Virus record (IMG/VR): IMGVR_UViG_3300050132_000142
Coordinates: 1-51,860 of that record
Length of the DNA: 51,860 nt
Source: a virus
Direction: 5' to 3' (one strand)
Under the pieces are notes generated by a model. It was not told where the DNA came from. It saw nothing but the letters and a program-made list of their open reading frames with translations, and ran no database searches. Below are positions 27,071 to 35,693 of this stretch, piece by piece (within the stretch, counting starts at the first letter, position 1; each line of letters opens with the position of its first letter). Position numbers and translations under genes: made by a program.

Positions 27071-27957
27071 AGCATAGCGACTCAATCGCAGAACTCGCAT
27101 CAGCACTAGCAGCAGCTCAGGCTGAATATGTTGCTGTTCCAAAGAACAAAACTGCACGGGTAAAGATGAAGTCGGGCGGAGAGTATTCGTACAAGTACGC
27201 AGACCTTGCAGACATTCTTTCGATGGCGCTACCTGTTCTGTCAAGGCAGGGTATAGCCTTCAGCCAACCTCACGTATTAGTGGACGGTAAGCTACGTGTA
27301 GTGAGCTATCTACTTCACAAATCTGGAGAATGGATACACTCGGACGGCATCGAAATATCAGAATTGGGAGAACCGCAGCAGATGGGGGCAGAGTCCACCT
27401 ACTTCCGCCGCTATGATGGCGCATCCCTTCTTGGAATCGCACCAGATGAAGACACAGATGCTCAAGATGCTGGTAAAAGAACACCGCGTCATACAAATCA
27501 GGTGCAAGAATCGCACTACGAAGCTCCGCAGGGAGAGATTTACACGAATCCTCCTGCCCAACCGGCCACGCAGCAGACAGCGCAAGCACCAGCACCATCC
27601 CAGGGGCAGGCAGGACAGCTTAAATTCTTGCCTCCCAATGGGATGATTGCAACCGTGAAGAGCGTCAAGGAAATCGAGGGAAGAGAAGCTTCTGAAGGTC
27701 ATCGGGCAATCAAACCATTCCTTGCAGTGGAGTGGCTTGGAACGCATAACGGGGTAAGTGGAGCATCGTGCTTTGACTCGAAGTATTGGCCCCTAATCAA
27801 GGCAAGTGTCGGGCTGGAATGCCATTTCCAAATCAAGGAAAAGGACTCTAACGGAAAGCACTACATCAACATCGAAGACGTGATTTATCGTGACGGACAG
27901 GAAGTAACTTATGTCGAGGGAGTGTTGAATCTCGACGGTCAACCAACACAGCTTTAA
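27067..27957 (+). CDS. erf: ERF-family single-strand annealing protein (296 aa)
   Basis: IAELASALAAAQAEYVAVPKNKTA...YSYKYADLADILSMALPVLSRQGIAFSQ matches the ERF N-terminal signature. Confidence 0.75.
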   Translation: MKHSDSIAELASALAAAQAEYVAVPKNKTARVKMKSGGEYSYKYADLADILSMALPVLSRQGIAFSQPHVLVDGKLRVVSYLLHKSGEWIHSDGIEISELGEPQQMGAESTYFRRYDGASLLGIAPDEDTDAQDAGKRTPRHTNQVQESHYEAPQGEIYTNPPAQPATQQTAQAPAPSQGQAGQLKFLPPNGMIATVKSVKEIEGREASEGHRAIKPFLAVEWLGTHNGVSGASCFDSKYWPLIKASVGLECHFQIKEKDSNGKHYINIEDVIYRDGQEVTYVEGVLNLDGQPTQL

Positions 27958-27979
27958 CCAGCAACTACGGAGGAGAGAC

Positions 27980-29191
27980 ATGGAATTTATCAAGGTTGAA
28001 TCAAGCCAGATTGACAGCGTGGGTTTCGGGGAGGGAACGTATGGAACTGAAACCCTTGGCATCCGCTTCAAGAGCAAGTGTGGCATAACGGAATACGAAT
28101 ACGGGAACGTGACTTCACGGCAATATCAGGGTCTCATTGGAGCAGAGTCTATTGGAGCGTACTTCGGAAAGAACATCAAACCGTTTCCAGAAAAGTATCC
28201 ATTCACGAAGGTCGAATCGGTAAGTGATCCGGTAGAGGATACTGACACTCCTTCTGCCGTCACAGCACTTGCGCTTATTGACACAATGGCTGATGATCTA
28301 TTGTTCACTCCGGGATCGGTAACTGACGAACAACTGGAAGCAGGTCGGCAGTGGTATCTCTCCGAGGCGAAGAAGTACAACATCACCACGGAAAAGAGCC
28401 GCAAAGAACTGAAACGGTTTGCGCGTTCACTTCAGAAGCTCCGTACAGGCATTGAAGCAAGGGCAAAGGAAATCACTGGAGCAACAAAGCGAAAGATTGC
28501 GACCATTGACGCGGAGAAGCGTAGGCTGGTTGGCAAGGTGGGAGGAATAGAAGAAGAAGTTCTCGCGCCATTGACTGAGTGGGAGCAAGAAAAAGAGGCT
28601 ACTACAATAAGGCTTTCTAACCAGGTAAAGTCGATTGAGTCCAAAGCAGACTTGTACAGCTATCCCGACATTCCGTCTATCGAGTCAGCCATCAAGGAAT
28701 TGGAATCCTATGACGTGTCCGATATGCAGGAATTCAAGGTTTCGGCAGAGAGCGCAGTGACAGCCGTACTCAAGGTTCTGAAGCCGGAGCTAGAACGCCG
28801 CAAGGTGGCCGAGAAAGAGAAGGAGGAACTGGAACGGTTGCGGTATGAGTCTGCGGAACGTGCTGAGGCCGACAGGATTGAAGCAGCAGCCAAGAAGCTG
28901 GCAGATGAAAAGATTCAGGAAGCAGTGGAAGCGGCCAAGGTGGAGACACGGCAGGAAGTAGTTGCAGAGTTGGCTGCTCCTATCGTAGAAGAGCCAGTCG
29001 AACCTATTGACGATGACCCGAGGATTACGGAGATCGTAACGACCATGCCATCTAATCTCCTGGAGACAGGGAAGCGCACTGAAGTGGCCTACGCTCTTGT
29101 CTATGAGTGCCAGATCGATGAACCTGCTGCCTATGTGGTATTCGATGCTATTGCCAAAGGACTCATCCCACACTTGATCTATGAGGCGTAA
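27980..29191 (+). CDS. KTSC-domain protein with a long coiled-coil C-terminal region (403 aa)
   Basis: N-terminus VESSQIDSVGFGEG...LGIRFKSKCGITEYEYGNVTSRQYQGLIGAESIGAYFGKNIK matches the KTSC pattern. Confidence 0.6.
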   Translation: MEFIKVESSQIDSVGFGEGTYGTETLGIRFKSKCGITEYEYGNVTSRQYQGLIGAESIGAYFGKNIKPFPEKYPFTKVESVSDPVEDTDTPSAVTALALIDTMADDLLFTPGSVTDEQLEAGRQWYLSEAKKYNITTEKSRKELKRFARSLQKLRTGIEARAKEITGATKRKIATIDAEKRRLVGKVGGIEEEVLAPLTEWEQEKEATTIRLSNQVKSIESKADLYSYPDIPSIESAIKELESYDVSDMQEFKVSAESAVTAVLKVLKPELERRKVAEKEKEELERLRYESAERAEADRIEAAAKKLADEKIQEAVEAAKVETRQEVVAELAAPIVEEPVEPIDDDPRITEIVTTMPSNLLETGKRTEVAYALVYECQIDEPAAYVVFDAIAKGLIPHLIYEA

Positions 29192-29193
29192 AG

Positions 29194-29394
29194 ATGCCAT
29201 TTCCTGCGGATTTAGAAGCCTTCGAAGCATCCGGGTACGTCTTCAGCCGTTCCGAGAAGTGCCTTGTTTGTGGAGAGGATGTGGAGATATTCATCACTCC
29301 GGGAGGACGTGAAATAGCCATGAACCCGATGCACTTGTTGACTGATCCCGCAATCCAACATTACAAGACATGCAATCCAACCAAAATGAGTTAA
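29194..29394 (+). CDS. Hypothetical protein (66 aa)
   Basis: ORF 2 nt after the previous stop. Contains a CLVCGED...HYKTC Cys/His pattern. Confidence 0.5.
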   Translation: MPFPADLEAFEASGYVFSRSEKCLVCGEDVEIFITPGGREIAMNPMHLLTDPAIQHYKTCNPTKMS

Positions 29395-29411
29395 CCAAAA
29401 GGAGAACCACC

Positions 29412-29672
29412 ATGGCAACAAAGAAGCAAGCAGAAACGCAGAAGGCCAAGGAACAGTGCGCAGAATCCATGAATAAGCTATCTGATGCACTCAGGCAGGT
29501 AGTTGACATACAACAGCTCCAGCACAAGTACTATGACCTGCAGCAAGACTACCTTGAGCTTGCTGCATCTGTACAGGTGTCAGCAGCAAACACCACACGA
29601 GTAATACTCCGCCACAACATCAGCCGCACAACATACTTGTCTCAAGGTGAGGTACAAAAGACCAATGCCTGA
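29412..29672 (+). CDS. Hypothetical protein (86 aa)
   Basis: ATG 29412 with aaaggag upstream. Confidence 0.5.
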   Translation: MATKKQAETQKAKEQCAESMNKLSDALRQVVDIQQLQHKYYDLQQDYLELAASVQVSAANTTRVILRHNISRTTYLSQGEVQKTNA

Positions 29673-29844
29673 AGCAAAGCCGGAAGTACACCGCAAACGC
29701 ACCAAGGATGGATTCGTGAATCGGTACGTAAGCATCCCGCAAGCAGCATGGGATAAGATCACTGAGCACATAGACGATAACGATCTGGACGAGAAGAGAT
29801 TTCTTACTCGTCTGCTGACGAACGCGGCTGAAGCCCTGAAGTAA
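29665..29844 (+). CDS. Hypothetical small protein (59 aa)
   Basis: ATG 29665 overlaps the previous stop. A GGGGCAG/CTGCCCC hairpin follows at about 29853-29875. Confidence 0.45.
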   Translation: MPEAKPEVHRKRTKDGFVNRYVSIPQAAWDKITEHIDDNDLDEKRFLTRLLTNAAEALK

Positions 29845-29895
29845 CCCAACCCAGGGGCAGTGCAAAGCTGCCCCACAACCTAGAAAGAAAGCCCG

Positions 29896-31530
29896 ATGAC
29901 TGGTACCCTATTTGAAACTAAATCACGAGCACTGTACCCTCTTCGTTGGTATCAAGAGCCATCAATACCAACCTTACGAGCCGCGCTCAAGGAAGGTAAT
30001 CTAAAGTCCGTTATACAGGCACCTTGCGGCTATGGGAAAACCTTGATAATGGCATACCTAGCATCTATGTCAATGAAAAAGGGTAATCGGGTGTTGGTTG
30101 CTACACCCAGAATTTCCCTTACCGACCAAACATATGAATCATTTGAGGAACAGGGTATTCGAGACATGGGAGTTCTGCAAGCCGATAATAGGCGTACTAA
30201 CCCTATGGCGCAATTGCAGATCGCCTGTTTTGATACTCTTTACAAGAGAGAGAAAGAACTACCAGATTTTGGTTTGGTACTCATTGATGAGGTCCACTTA
30301 GCAGATGCTCGAATGTGGGAACTCTTAAAACGCTGGAGGGTAGCTCTTTCTTTTACGGCTACTCCGTGGAGTAAGGGACTCGGTTTGCACTTCAGCAAGC
30401 TCATTGTGCTATCCACGATCAACGATATGCTTGAGTACCACAAGAAAGACCCGTCAGTCGGACTTGTGCCAATCAAAGGCATTGGCCCCAAGCCTGAATT
30501 CCTGCAACAGATTGAGCATCTAAAGACTGGACAGGACGGAGATATTCAGGAAGATGCAGCTCAACACTTCATGGATAAAACAGAAGTCGTTGCTGACATC
30601 GTTGATACTTGGATGCGCACCCGTCAAGAGGGAAATCATCCAGGCGATAGGACGTTTGTATTTGCGCGGAGAAGAATTACAGCAGTCCACTTCCAAGAGG
30701 CTTTTGCAGCGCGGGGAATCAAGTTCGACTATATCGACGCCTTCACTTCAGATCGAAGTCCCATATTTAAACGATTCCGCGCAAAGCAGACACAGGGGAT
30801 TGTCAGCGTTGGATGTCTATCGACGGGAGTAGATGAGGATGTTCGCTGCATCGTTGATGCCGCACCGCGCAAGAATCAGGCAGACATTGTACAGGCTCTT
30901 GGGCGTGGTATGCGACCGGCTGAAGGAAAAGAATTTTGCTACCTGTGCGATCACGTTGGCAATGCGAACCGTTTTGGATGGTTTGCAGACATCTATCATG
31001 ACAAGCTGGACACCACACCTCCGCACATCAAGGGAAGCGCCTACGAGCAAGAAGAGGCCACTCCTACCGAGGTCAAGCGCAAACAATGCGCTGTCTGCCG
31101 TGGATACTTGCCGCGCGGCGCGTTCAAGTGCCCCACCTGCGGCAACGTGATGGTGATAGACGACACTGTAACCATCGACGCGGAATTGGTAGACCTTCGC
31201 AAGATGAAGGCCGAGAAGAAGGTCAAGAGAGAATTAGCTGAAAAAGAGAAAGCAGCTAGAGCAGAGAAGAAAAAGCAGGGTGAGCCACAAGCGTTCTATT
31301 CTGGATTGATCGACTTTGCAGAGCGCCGAGGATTCAAGGACGGATGGGCATGGCACAAATACATTGAAAAATATGGGCAACCACCGACAGGATTGAACAA
31401 GGTTCCTATGACCCCGCGCAAGATGGTAAAGGATTTCATCAAGGAATCAGCAAGAAAGTGGCGACAGCAGCAGAAAGCCAACGCACCCAAACCAGCAGCA
31501 GAACCGAAAGTATATCGAGGAGAATTCTGA
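29896..31530 (+). CDS. SF2 DEAD/DEAH-box (DEVH) helicase with a C-terminal zinc ribbon (544 aa)
   Basis: Motif I APCGYGKT, motif II LIDEVH, motif VI QALGRGMR, zinc ribbon CAVCRGYLPRGAFKCPTCG. Confidence 0.8.
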   Translation: MTGTLFETKSRALYPLRWYQEPSIPTLRAALKEGNLKSVIQAPCGYGKTLIMAYLASMSMKKGNRVLVATPRISLTDQTYESFEEQGIRDMGVLQADNRRTNPMAQLQIACFDTLYKREKELPDFGLVLIDEVHLADARMWELLKRWRVALSFTATPWSKGLGLHFSKLIVLSTINDMLEYHKKDPSVGLVPIKGIGPKPEFLQQIEHLKTGQDGDIQEDAAQHFMDKTEVVADIVDTWMRTRQEGNHPGDRTFVFARRRITAVHFQEAFAARGIKFDYIDAFTSDRSPIFKRFRAKQTQGIVSVGCLSTGVDEDVRCIVDAAPRKNQADIVQALGRGMRPAEGKEFCYLCDHVGNANRFGWFADIYHDKLDTTPPHIKGSAYEQEEATPTEVKRKQCAVCRGYLPRGAFKCPTCGNVMVIDDTVTIDAELVDLRKMKAEKKVKRELAEKEKAARAEKKKQGEPQAFYSGLIDFAERRGFKDGWAWHKYIEKYGQPPTGLNKVPMTPRKMVKDFIKESARKWRQQQKANAPKPAAEPKVYRGEF

Positions 31531-34500
31531 TGAACGTTATAAACGGAGAGGAAGTAGAGATGTCGCCATTCGCTGTTATGGGAGCGGAGATGATCGACCC
31601 AATGGAATTTAGCTACGAGAGGTTTCTTGAAAGCAAACGGTTCACGCCGATTATATCCGGTTTGACTACCGTTCCTCCGCTGAATCCATCCATGTTTCCG
31701 CATCAGCGCGATGTGTGCTCCTGGGCGCTACGCCTTGGCCGAGCCGCGGCGTTTCTTGGAACCGGCATGGGGAAGACGCTCATTGAGGAAGAGTGGGCGC
31801 GCGTCGTGTCAGAGCATACAGGTATGCCGGTCCTGATTCTCGCGCCTCTGGCCGTGGCTTATCAGATGGTCACAGAGGGCACGAAGTTCGGCATCGAAGT
31901 GAAGTATTGCAAAGACTCGTCAACCATGGAAGATTCTCGCATCATCGTGACGAACTATGAGCGCATGGGAAACTTCGAGCCGTCTGACTTCGCGGGAGTG
32001 GTGCTTGATGAGTGTTTCGCAAAAGGCACTAAAATTGATACTCCTGGCGGTAAGAAGAATATTGAAGACATACGCGTAGGAGATGATATTCTTAACTGTG
32101 TAGGGATTGACACTGTTCAAGACATACACAGGAGAGAGGTTCCTTATGCCGCGTTGGTCAAAATCGGTGGTACCAGTTTTATTGCCTCCCCAAATCATCC
32201 CACCTTCACACAGCGTGGATGGGTTGGGGCACAGCATCTGCGCCCAGGTGATTACGCACTGGGAACAGGAGCGGCAGTGTCTTTGGTGCGGGATTCGGTT
32301 TGCTCCAAAGTATCCCGCTCAGTTCGGCCAGAGGTTTTGCGGGACATCCTGCTCAGCGAAATGGCGGATGAGCCAACCGGAGCAACTTGCGAAGGTTCAC
32401 AATCCAACGGTGGCGGCGAAGCGAGGAGCGAAAAGGTCTGCATGGTTGGCGTCGGGAACTCCGCAAGCGATAGCGGAACTCAAGCGCATAACCGAGTTGA
32501 ATCCTACCAAATCAGCGGCTACGCGGCTCAAGATTTCCATCCGATTGAGAGCCATGAAGCACAAACCTTCCGTACCTGGCGGGAATGGTCGGGGGATGAC
32601 TATCGCGCAGTCGATGATGATGGATGCTCTTGGCTCAGAATGGATAGCGGAATATGCCGTGTCTCTGGGTCCACGAAAAGTAGGCTATCCATCGCACTAC
32701 AAACTCGATTGCGGGAATCCGAGGCTGAAATTAGGAATAGAGGTGGATGGAGTCTCGCACAACATGGAATCCCGCAAACTGGAGGACAGAAAGAAGGAGT
32801 CCATGCTGAGTTCGTTAGGGTGGACAGTGTTGAGATTCTGGAACAAGGAGATAGTCGATTGGAGCAACTCAGGGATGCGGACGGGAAGCTCTATTTCTAC
32901 GATCTTGGCGCAACACGGCATCCAAGTTACTCCGTCGCGGGCTGCTTAGTTCACAATTCCAGCATCCTGAAGTCTTTCGATGGAGCGACTCGATCCGCAC
33001 TCATTGAAGCGTTCAAGGATACGCCGTACCGGCTCGCTGCGACTGCCACACCCGCTCCGAACGATCACATGGAGCTAGGCAACCATGCGGAGTTTCTGGG
33101 AGTCATGACGGCTACTGAGATGCTTTCCATGTTCTTTACGCACGACGGCGGAGAGACACAGAAGTGGAGGCTTAAGGGCCACGCACGGGCAGAGTTCTGG
33201 AAGTGGGTTTGCTCGTGGGCTGTCAACATCCGCAAGCCTTCAGATGTAGGGTATGACGACGGTCCATTTATCCTTCCCGGACTGGTCTACCATGAACACA
33301 TCGTGGACGTAGACACGCCGAGCGAAGGGATGTTGTTCGCTATGCCTGCCGAGACGCTGGGAGAACGACTGGCGGCGAGACGGTCAACTGTCGATGATCG
33401 GGTGGCTGAGGTCAAGGCCATCGTGGAAGACGAACCAGCCGCGACTTGGCTTATCTGGACGAATCTCAACCGGGAGAGCGAAGCGGTAACTAAGGCGATT
33501 GGGAGCGTGGAGTTAACTGGCTCAGACACGCCAGAAGTGAAGGCTACTCGGTCACTGGAGTTTGCACAAGGAAAGATCAAGCGCATGGTTTCCAAGGCTT
33601 CCATCTTGGGTTTCGGTGTGAACTATCAGGTTTGTTCACACATGATCTTCGCTGGAGTGAACGATTCATGGGAGGGATTTTTTCAGGCAGTTCGACGTTG
33701 CTGGAGATTTGGTCAGGATGAACCCGTCCACGTTCACATCATTGCAGCATCCACAGAAGGAAACGTCCTCGAAAATCTGAAGCGTAAAGAAAGGGAGTCA
33801 GAGCAAATGGCAGAAGAGATGCAGGAAAACATGCAGGACTTGACGCGCATGAATCTGGTAGGCACCGTGCGCAGCGAATCGACATACGAGCGCGAAGTGA
33901 AGACTTCCGAAAACTGGACAATGCACCTTGCTGACTGTGTTGATCTTGCGCGGGAACTTCCCGATGATTCGATCCACTATTCGGTCTACTCTCCTCCGTT
34001 CGCTTCGCTCTACACATACAGCAATTCGGAGCGGGACTTGGGAAACAGCAAAGACCATGACGAGTTCTGGAAGCACTACCGTTTCCTCATCAAAGAGCAG
34101 TACCGCGCACTGATGCCAGGGCGTCTCGTGTCCATCCACTGTATGAACCTTCCCACGTCAAAGGTCCGGGATGGTCACATCGGCCTACGGGACTTCCGTG
34201 GCGAGATCATCCGCGCATTTGAAGAAGTTGGATTCATATATCATTCCGAGGTCTGCATCTGGAAAGATCCAGTGACTGCCATGCAGCGCACCAAGGCACT
34301 CGGGTTGCTCCACAAGCAGATTCGCAAGGACTCGACCATGAGCCGACAGGGCGTTCCTGACTATCTTGTTACCATGCGCAAACCGGGGGAGAATCCCGAA
34401 CGATGCGCACACACTTCCGAGCAGTTTCCTGTTCAGTTGTGGCAGCAGTATGCCAGCCCGATTTGGATGGACATAAACCCATCGGACACACTGCAATATC

Positions 34501-34784
34501 GTTCAGCTCGGGAACACAACGACGAGCGCCACATTTGCCCACTTCAGCTCGAAGTGATCCGCCGCGCCATTAAACTGTGGACGAATCCCGGAGATGTGGT
34601 TTGGAGTCCGTTTGCTGGTATCGGTTCTGAAGGGTTTGTTGCTCTGGAGATGGGGCGCAAATTCCTTGGATCGGAACTGAAACCTTCCTACTATCGGCAG
34701 GCGTGCAAGAATCTCGACCGCGCTCTGGCAAGTGACACTGGACTGTTTGCAAACACAGAAGACCAATTAGACGATGAAGGATGA
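31530..34784 (+). CDS. SNF2-type helicase fused to a beta-class N6A/N4C DNA methyltransferase, interrupted by a 315-codon intein
   Basis: TGATG-coupled ATG 31530. Helicase motifs GTGMGKT, VVLDE|...|SSILKS, ATATPAPND and QAVRRCWRFGQDEPVHVH. Methyltransferase motifs YSPPFASLY (motif IV) followed by VWSPFAGIGSEG (motif I). Confidence 0.85.
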   Translation: MNVINGEEVEMSPFAVMGAEMIDPMEFSYERFLESKRFTPIISGLTTVPPLNPSMFPHQRDVCSWALRLGRAAAFLGTGMGKTLIEEEWARVVSEHTGMPVLILAPLAVAYQMVTEGTKFGIEVKYCKDSSTMEDSRIIVTNYERMGNFEPSDFAGVVLDECFAKGTKIDTPGGKKNIEDIRVGDDILNCVGIDTVQDIHRREVPYAALVKIGGTSFIASPNHPTFTQRGWVGAQHLRPGDYALGTGAAVSLVRDSVCSKVSRSVRPEVLRDILLSEMADEPTGATCEGSQSNGGGEARSEKVCMVGVGNSASDSGTQAHNRVESYQISGYAAQDFHPIESHEAQTFRTWREWSGDDYRAVDDDGCSWLRMDSGICRVSGSTKSRLSIALQTRLRESEAEIRNRGGWSLAQHGIPQTGGQKEGVHAEFVRVDSVEILEQGDSRLEQLRDADGKLYFYDLGATRHPSYSVAGCLVHNSSILKSFDGATRSALIEAFKDTPYRLAATATPAPNDHMELGNHAEFLGVMTATEMLSMFFTHDGGETQKWRLKGHARAEFWKWVCSWAVNIRKPSDVGYDDGPFILPGLVYHEHIVDVDTPSEGMLFAMPAETLGERLAARRSTVDDRVAEVKAIVEDEPAATWLIWTNLNRESEAVTKAIGSVELTGSDTPEVKATRSLEFAQGKIKRMVSKASILGFGVNYQVCSHMIFAGVNDSWEGFFQAVRRCWRFGQDEPVHVHIIAASTEGNVLENLKRKERESEQMAEEMQENMQDLTRMNLVGTVRSESTYEREVKTSENWTMHLADCVDLARELPDDSIHYSVYSPPFASLYTYSNSERDLGNSKDHDEFWKHYRFLIKEQYRALMPGRLVSIHCMNLPTSKVRDGHIGLRDFRGEIIRAFEEVGFIYHSEVCIWKDPVTAMQRTKALGLLHKQIRKDSTMSRQGVPDYLVTMRKPGENPERCAHTSEQFPVQLWQQYASPIWMDINPSDTLQYRSAREHNDERHICPLQLEVIRRAIKLWTNPGDVVWSPFAGIGSEGFVALEMGRKFLGSELKPSYYRQACKNLDRALASDTGLFANTEDQLDDEG
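32013..32957 (+). mobile_element. Intein (Hint domain) inserted in helicase motif II
   Basis: Starts with Cys (CFAKGTKIDT). Block B is SPNHPTFT. Ends ...YFYDLGATRHPSYSVAGCLVHN followed by Ser. Excision restores DESSILKS. Confidence 0.85.
32146..32949 (+). CDS. Vsr/DUF559-like PD-(D/E)xK endonuclease with an N-terminal zinc ribbon, encoded in the +1 frame inside the intein (267 aa)
   Basis: SD GGAGAGAGG 6 nt before ATG 32146. Zinc ribbon CLWCGIRF...FCGTSCSAKW. C-terminus YKLDCGNPRLKLGIEVDGVSHNMESRKLEDRKKESMLSSLGWTVLRFWNKEIV. Frame is open for 280 codons. Confidence 0.65.
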   Translation: MPRWSKSVVPVLLPPQIIPPSHSVDGLGHSICAQVITHWEQERQCLWCGIRFAPKYPAQFGQRFCGTSCSAKWRMSQPEQLAKVHNPTVAAKRGAKRSAWLASGTPQAIAELKRITELNPTKSAATRLKISIRLRAMKHKPSVPGGNGRGMTIAQSMMMDALGSEWIAEYAVSLGPRKVGYPSHYKLDCGNPRLKLGIEVDGVSHNMESRKLEDRKKESMLSSLGWTVLRFWNKEIVDWSNSGMRTGSSISTILAQHGIQVTPSRAA

Positions 34785-35004
34785 ACGCCTTCTAGTGGTT
34801 TGGCAGTGCGAGAAATGCGGCGTCACCCGTACCGCATTTCTCGCCGTAGGAGAATCGACGGAGAGAGGAATTTGCGGATCAAATTACATAAAAGGAAATA
34901 AGCAGTATCCTTTGAGAATAAGGCGAAATGGGGATGTTGTTCCCTATGCCTGTAAGGGTAAAATGGTTGTTATAGTAGATGAACGACCCGAGGCAATCAA
35001 ATGA
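34774..35004 (+). CDS. Small Cys-rich (zinc-binding?) protein (76 aa)
   Basis: WQCEKCG...ICGS...YACKG. Overlaps the upstream stop. Confidence 0.55.
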   Translation: MKDERLLVVWQCEKCGVTRTAFLAVGESTERGICGSNYIKGNKQYPLRIRRNGDVVPYACKGKMVVIVDERPEAIK

Positions 35005-35693
35005 CAGAATCAGGTGCGAGAATCGCACTAACCGCCCTTGAAACTCCAGACTGGAATGGTCTGATGCTGGCTCCGGCCCCCGAAGCCGCGGATGCCCTAA
35101 AGTCTATCCTCACTCACGGAGAGAACCTACTCGAAGAGGCAGAGACACGCCTTACCACCATCCGCGAGAGCATTTTTAACCTGAGAATGTGCGCGTTCAG
35201 AATCGTTTCAGAGCGTGAGCTGTGGAAGCTCGACACCGATCCTGAATATGGCGTACCCTACAAGTCCATGCACCGATGGATGCAAGTACTATACCCTGGC
35301 GATGAAGGGCTACGCTATGCCATTGAGGCAAACAGCACACAGAAGGCGCTACCCGCCGCAACACTGGAAGACTTGGCACAGATACCCCGATGCAACGCCG
35401 TCACGCTGGCAAGTAAGTTTGTCTCAGACGGGTGCCGAACTGACCGGAGCGTAATCGAAGCGGCAAAGACGGCAAGCGAGAAACAGTTCCGCGAGACCCT
35501 CAACACTGAGCATAACCAACATCTTGAATCCTCGTGGACGCTCAAGCTGACAGGACCTCAATCGGCCGGCAAGCGGATTGAAGAAGCTCTAGACGAGATC
35601 GGCGAACGCGAGAACATCGAAGATCGGTTCGGTCAGCTTGAATATCTGGTCGAGGATTATCGACAGGGTGGTCACAGCGAGGACGTGGAGTGA
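35001..35693 (+). CDS. Hypothetical protein (230 aa)
   Basis: ATGA coupling. No motif recognised with confidence. Confidence 0.6.
   Translation: MTESGARIALTALETPDWNGLMLAPAPEAADALKSILTHGENLLEEAETRLTTIRESIFNLRMCAFRIVSERELWKLDTDPEYGVPYKSMHRWMQVLYPGDEGLRYAIEANSTQKALPAATLEDLAQIPRCNAVTLASKFVSDGCRTDRSVIEAAKTASEKQFRETLNTEHNQHLESSWTLKLTGPQSAGKRIEEALDEIGERENIEDRFGQLEYLVEDYRQGGHSEDVE
35012..35030. promoter_or_regulatory. Palindrome AGGTGCGA-GAA-TCGCACTA (motif family TAGTGCGA-N3-TCGCACTA)
   Basis: Read in sequence. Begins 12 nt after ATG 35001. Confidence 0.4.

Noticed and set aside
32107-32145. Upstream ATG 32107 as the start of the intein-nested nuclease gene
   Set aside because: ATG 32146 has a good SD (GGAGAGAGG, 6-nt spacing), whereas 32107 has none. 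The extra 13 codons lie over constrained Hint sequence.
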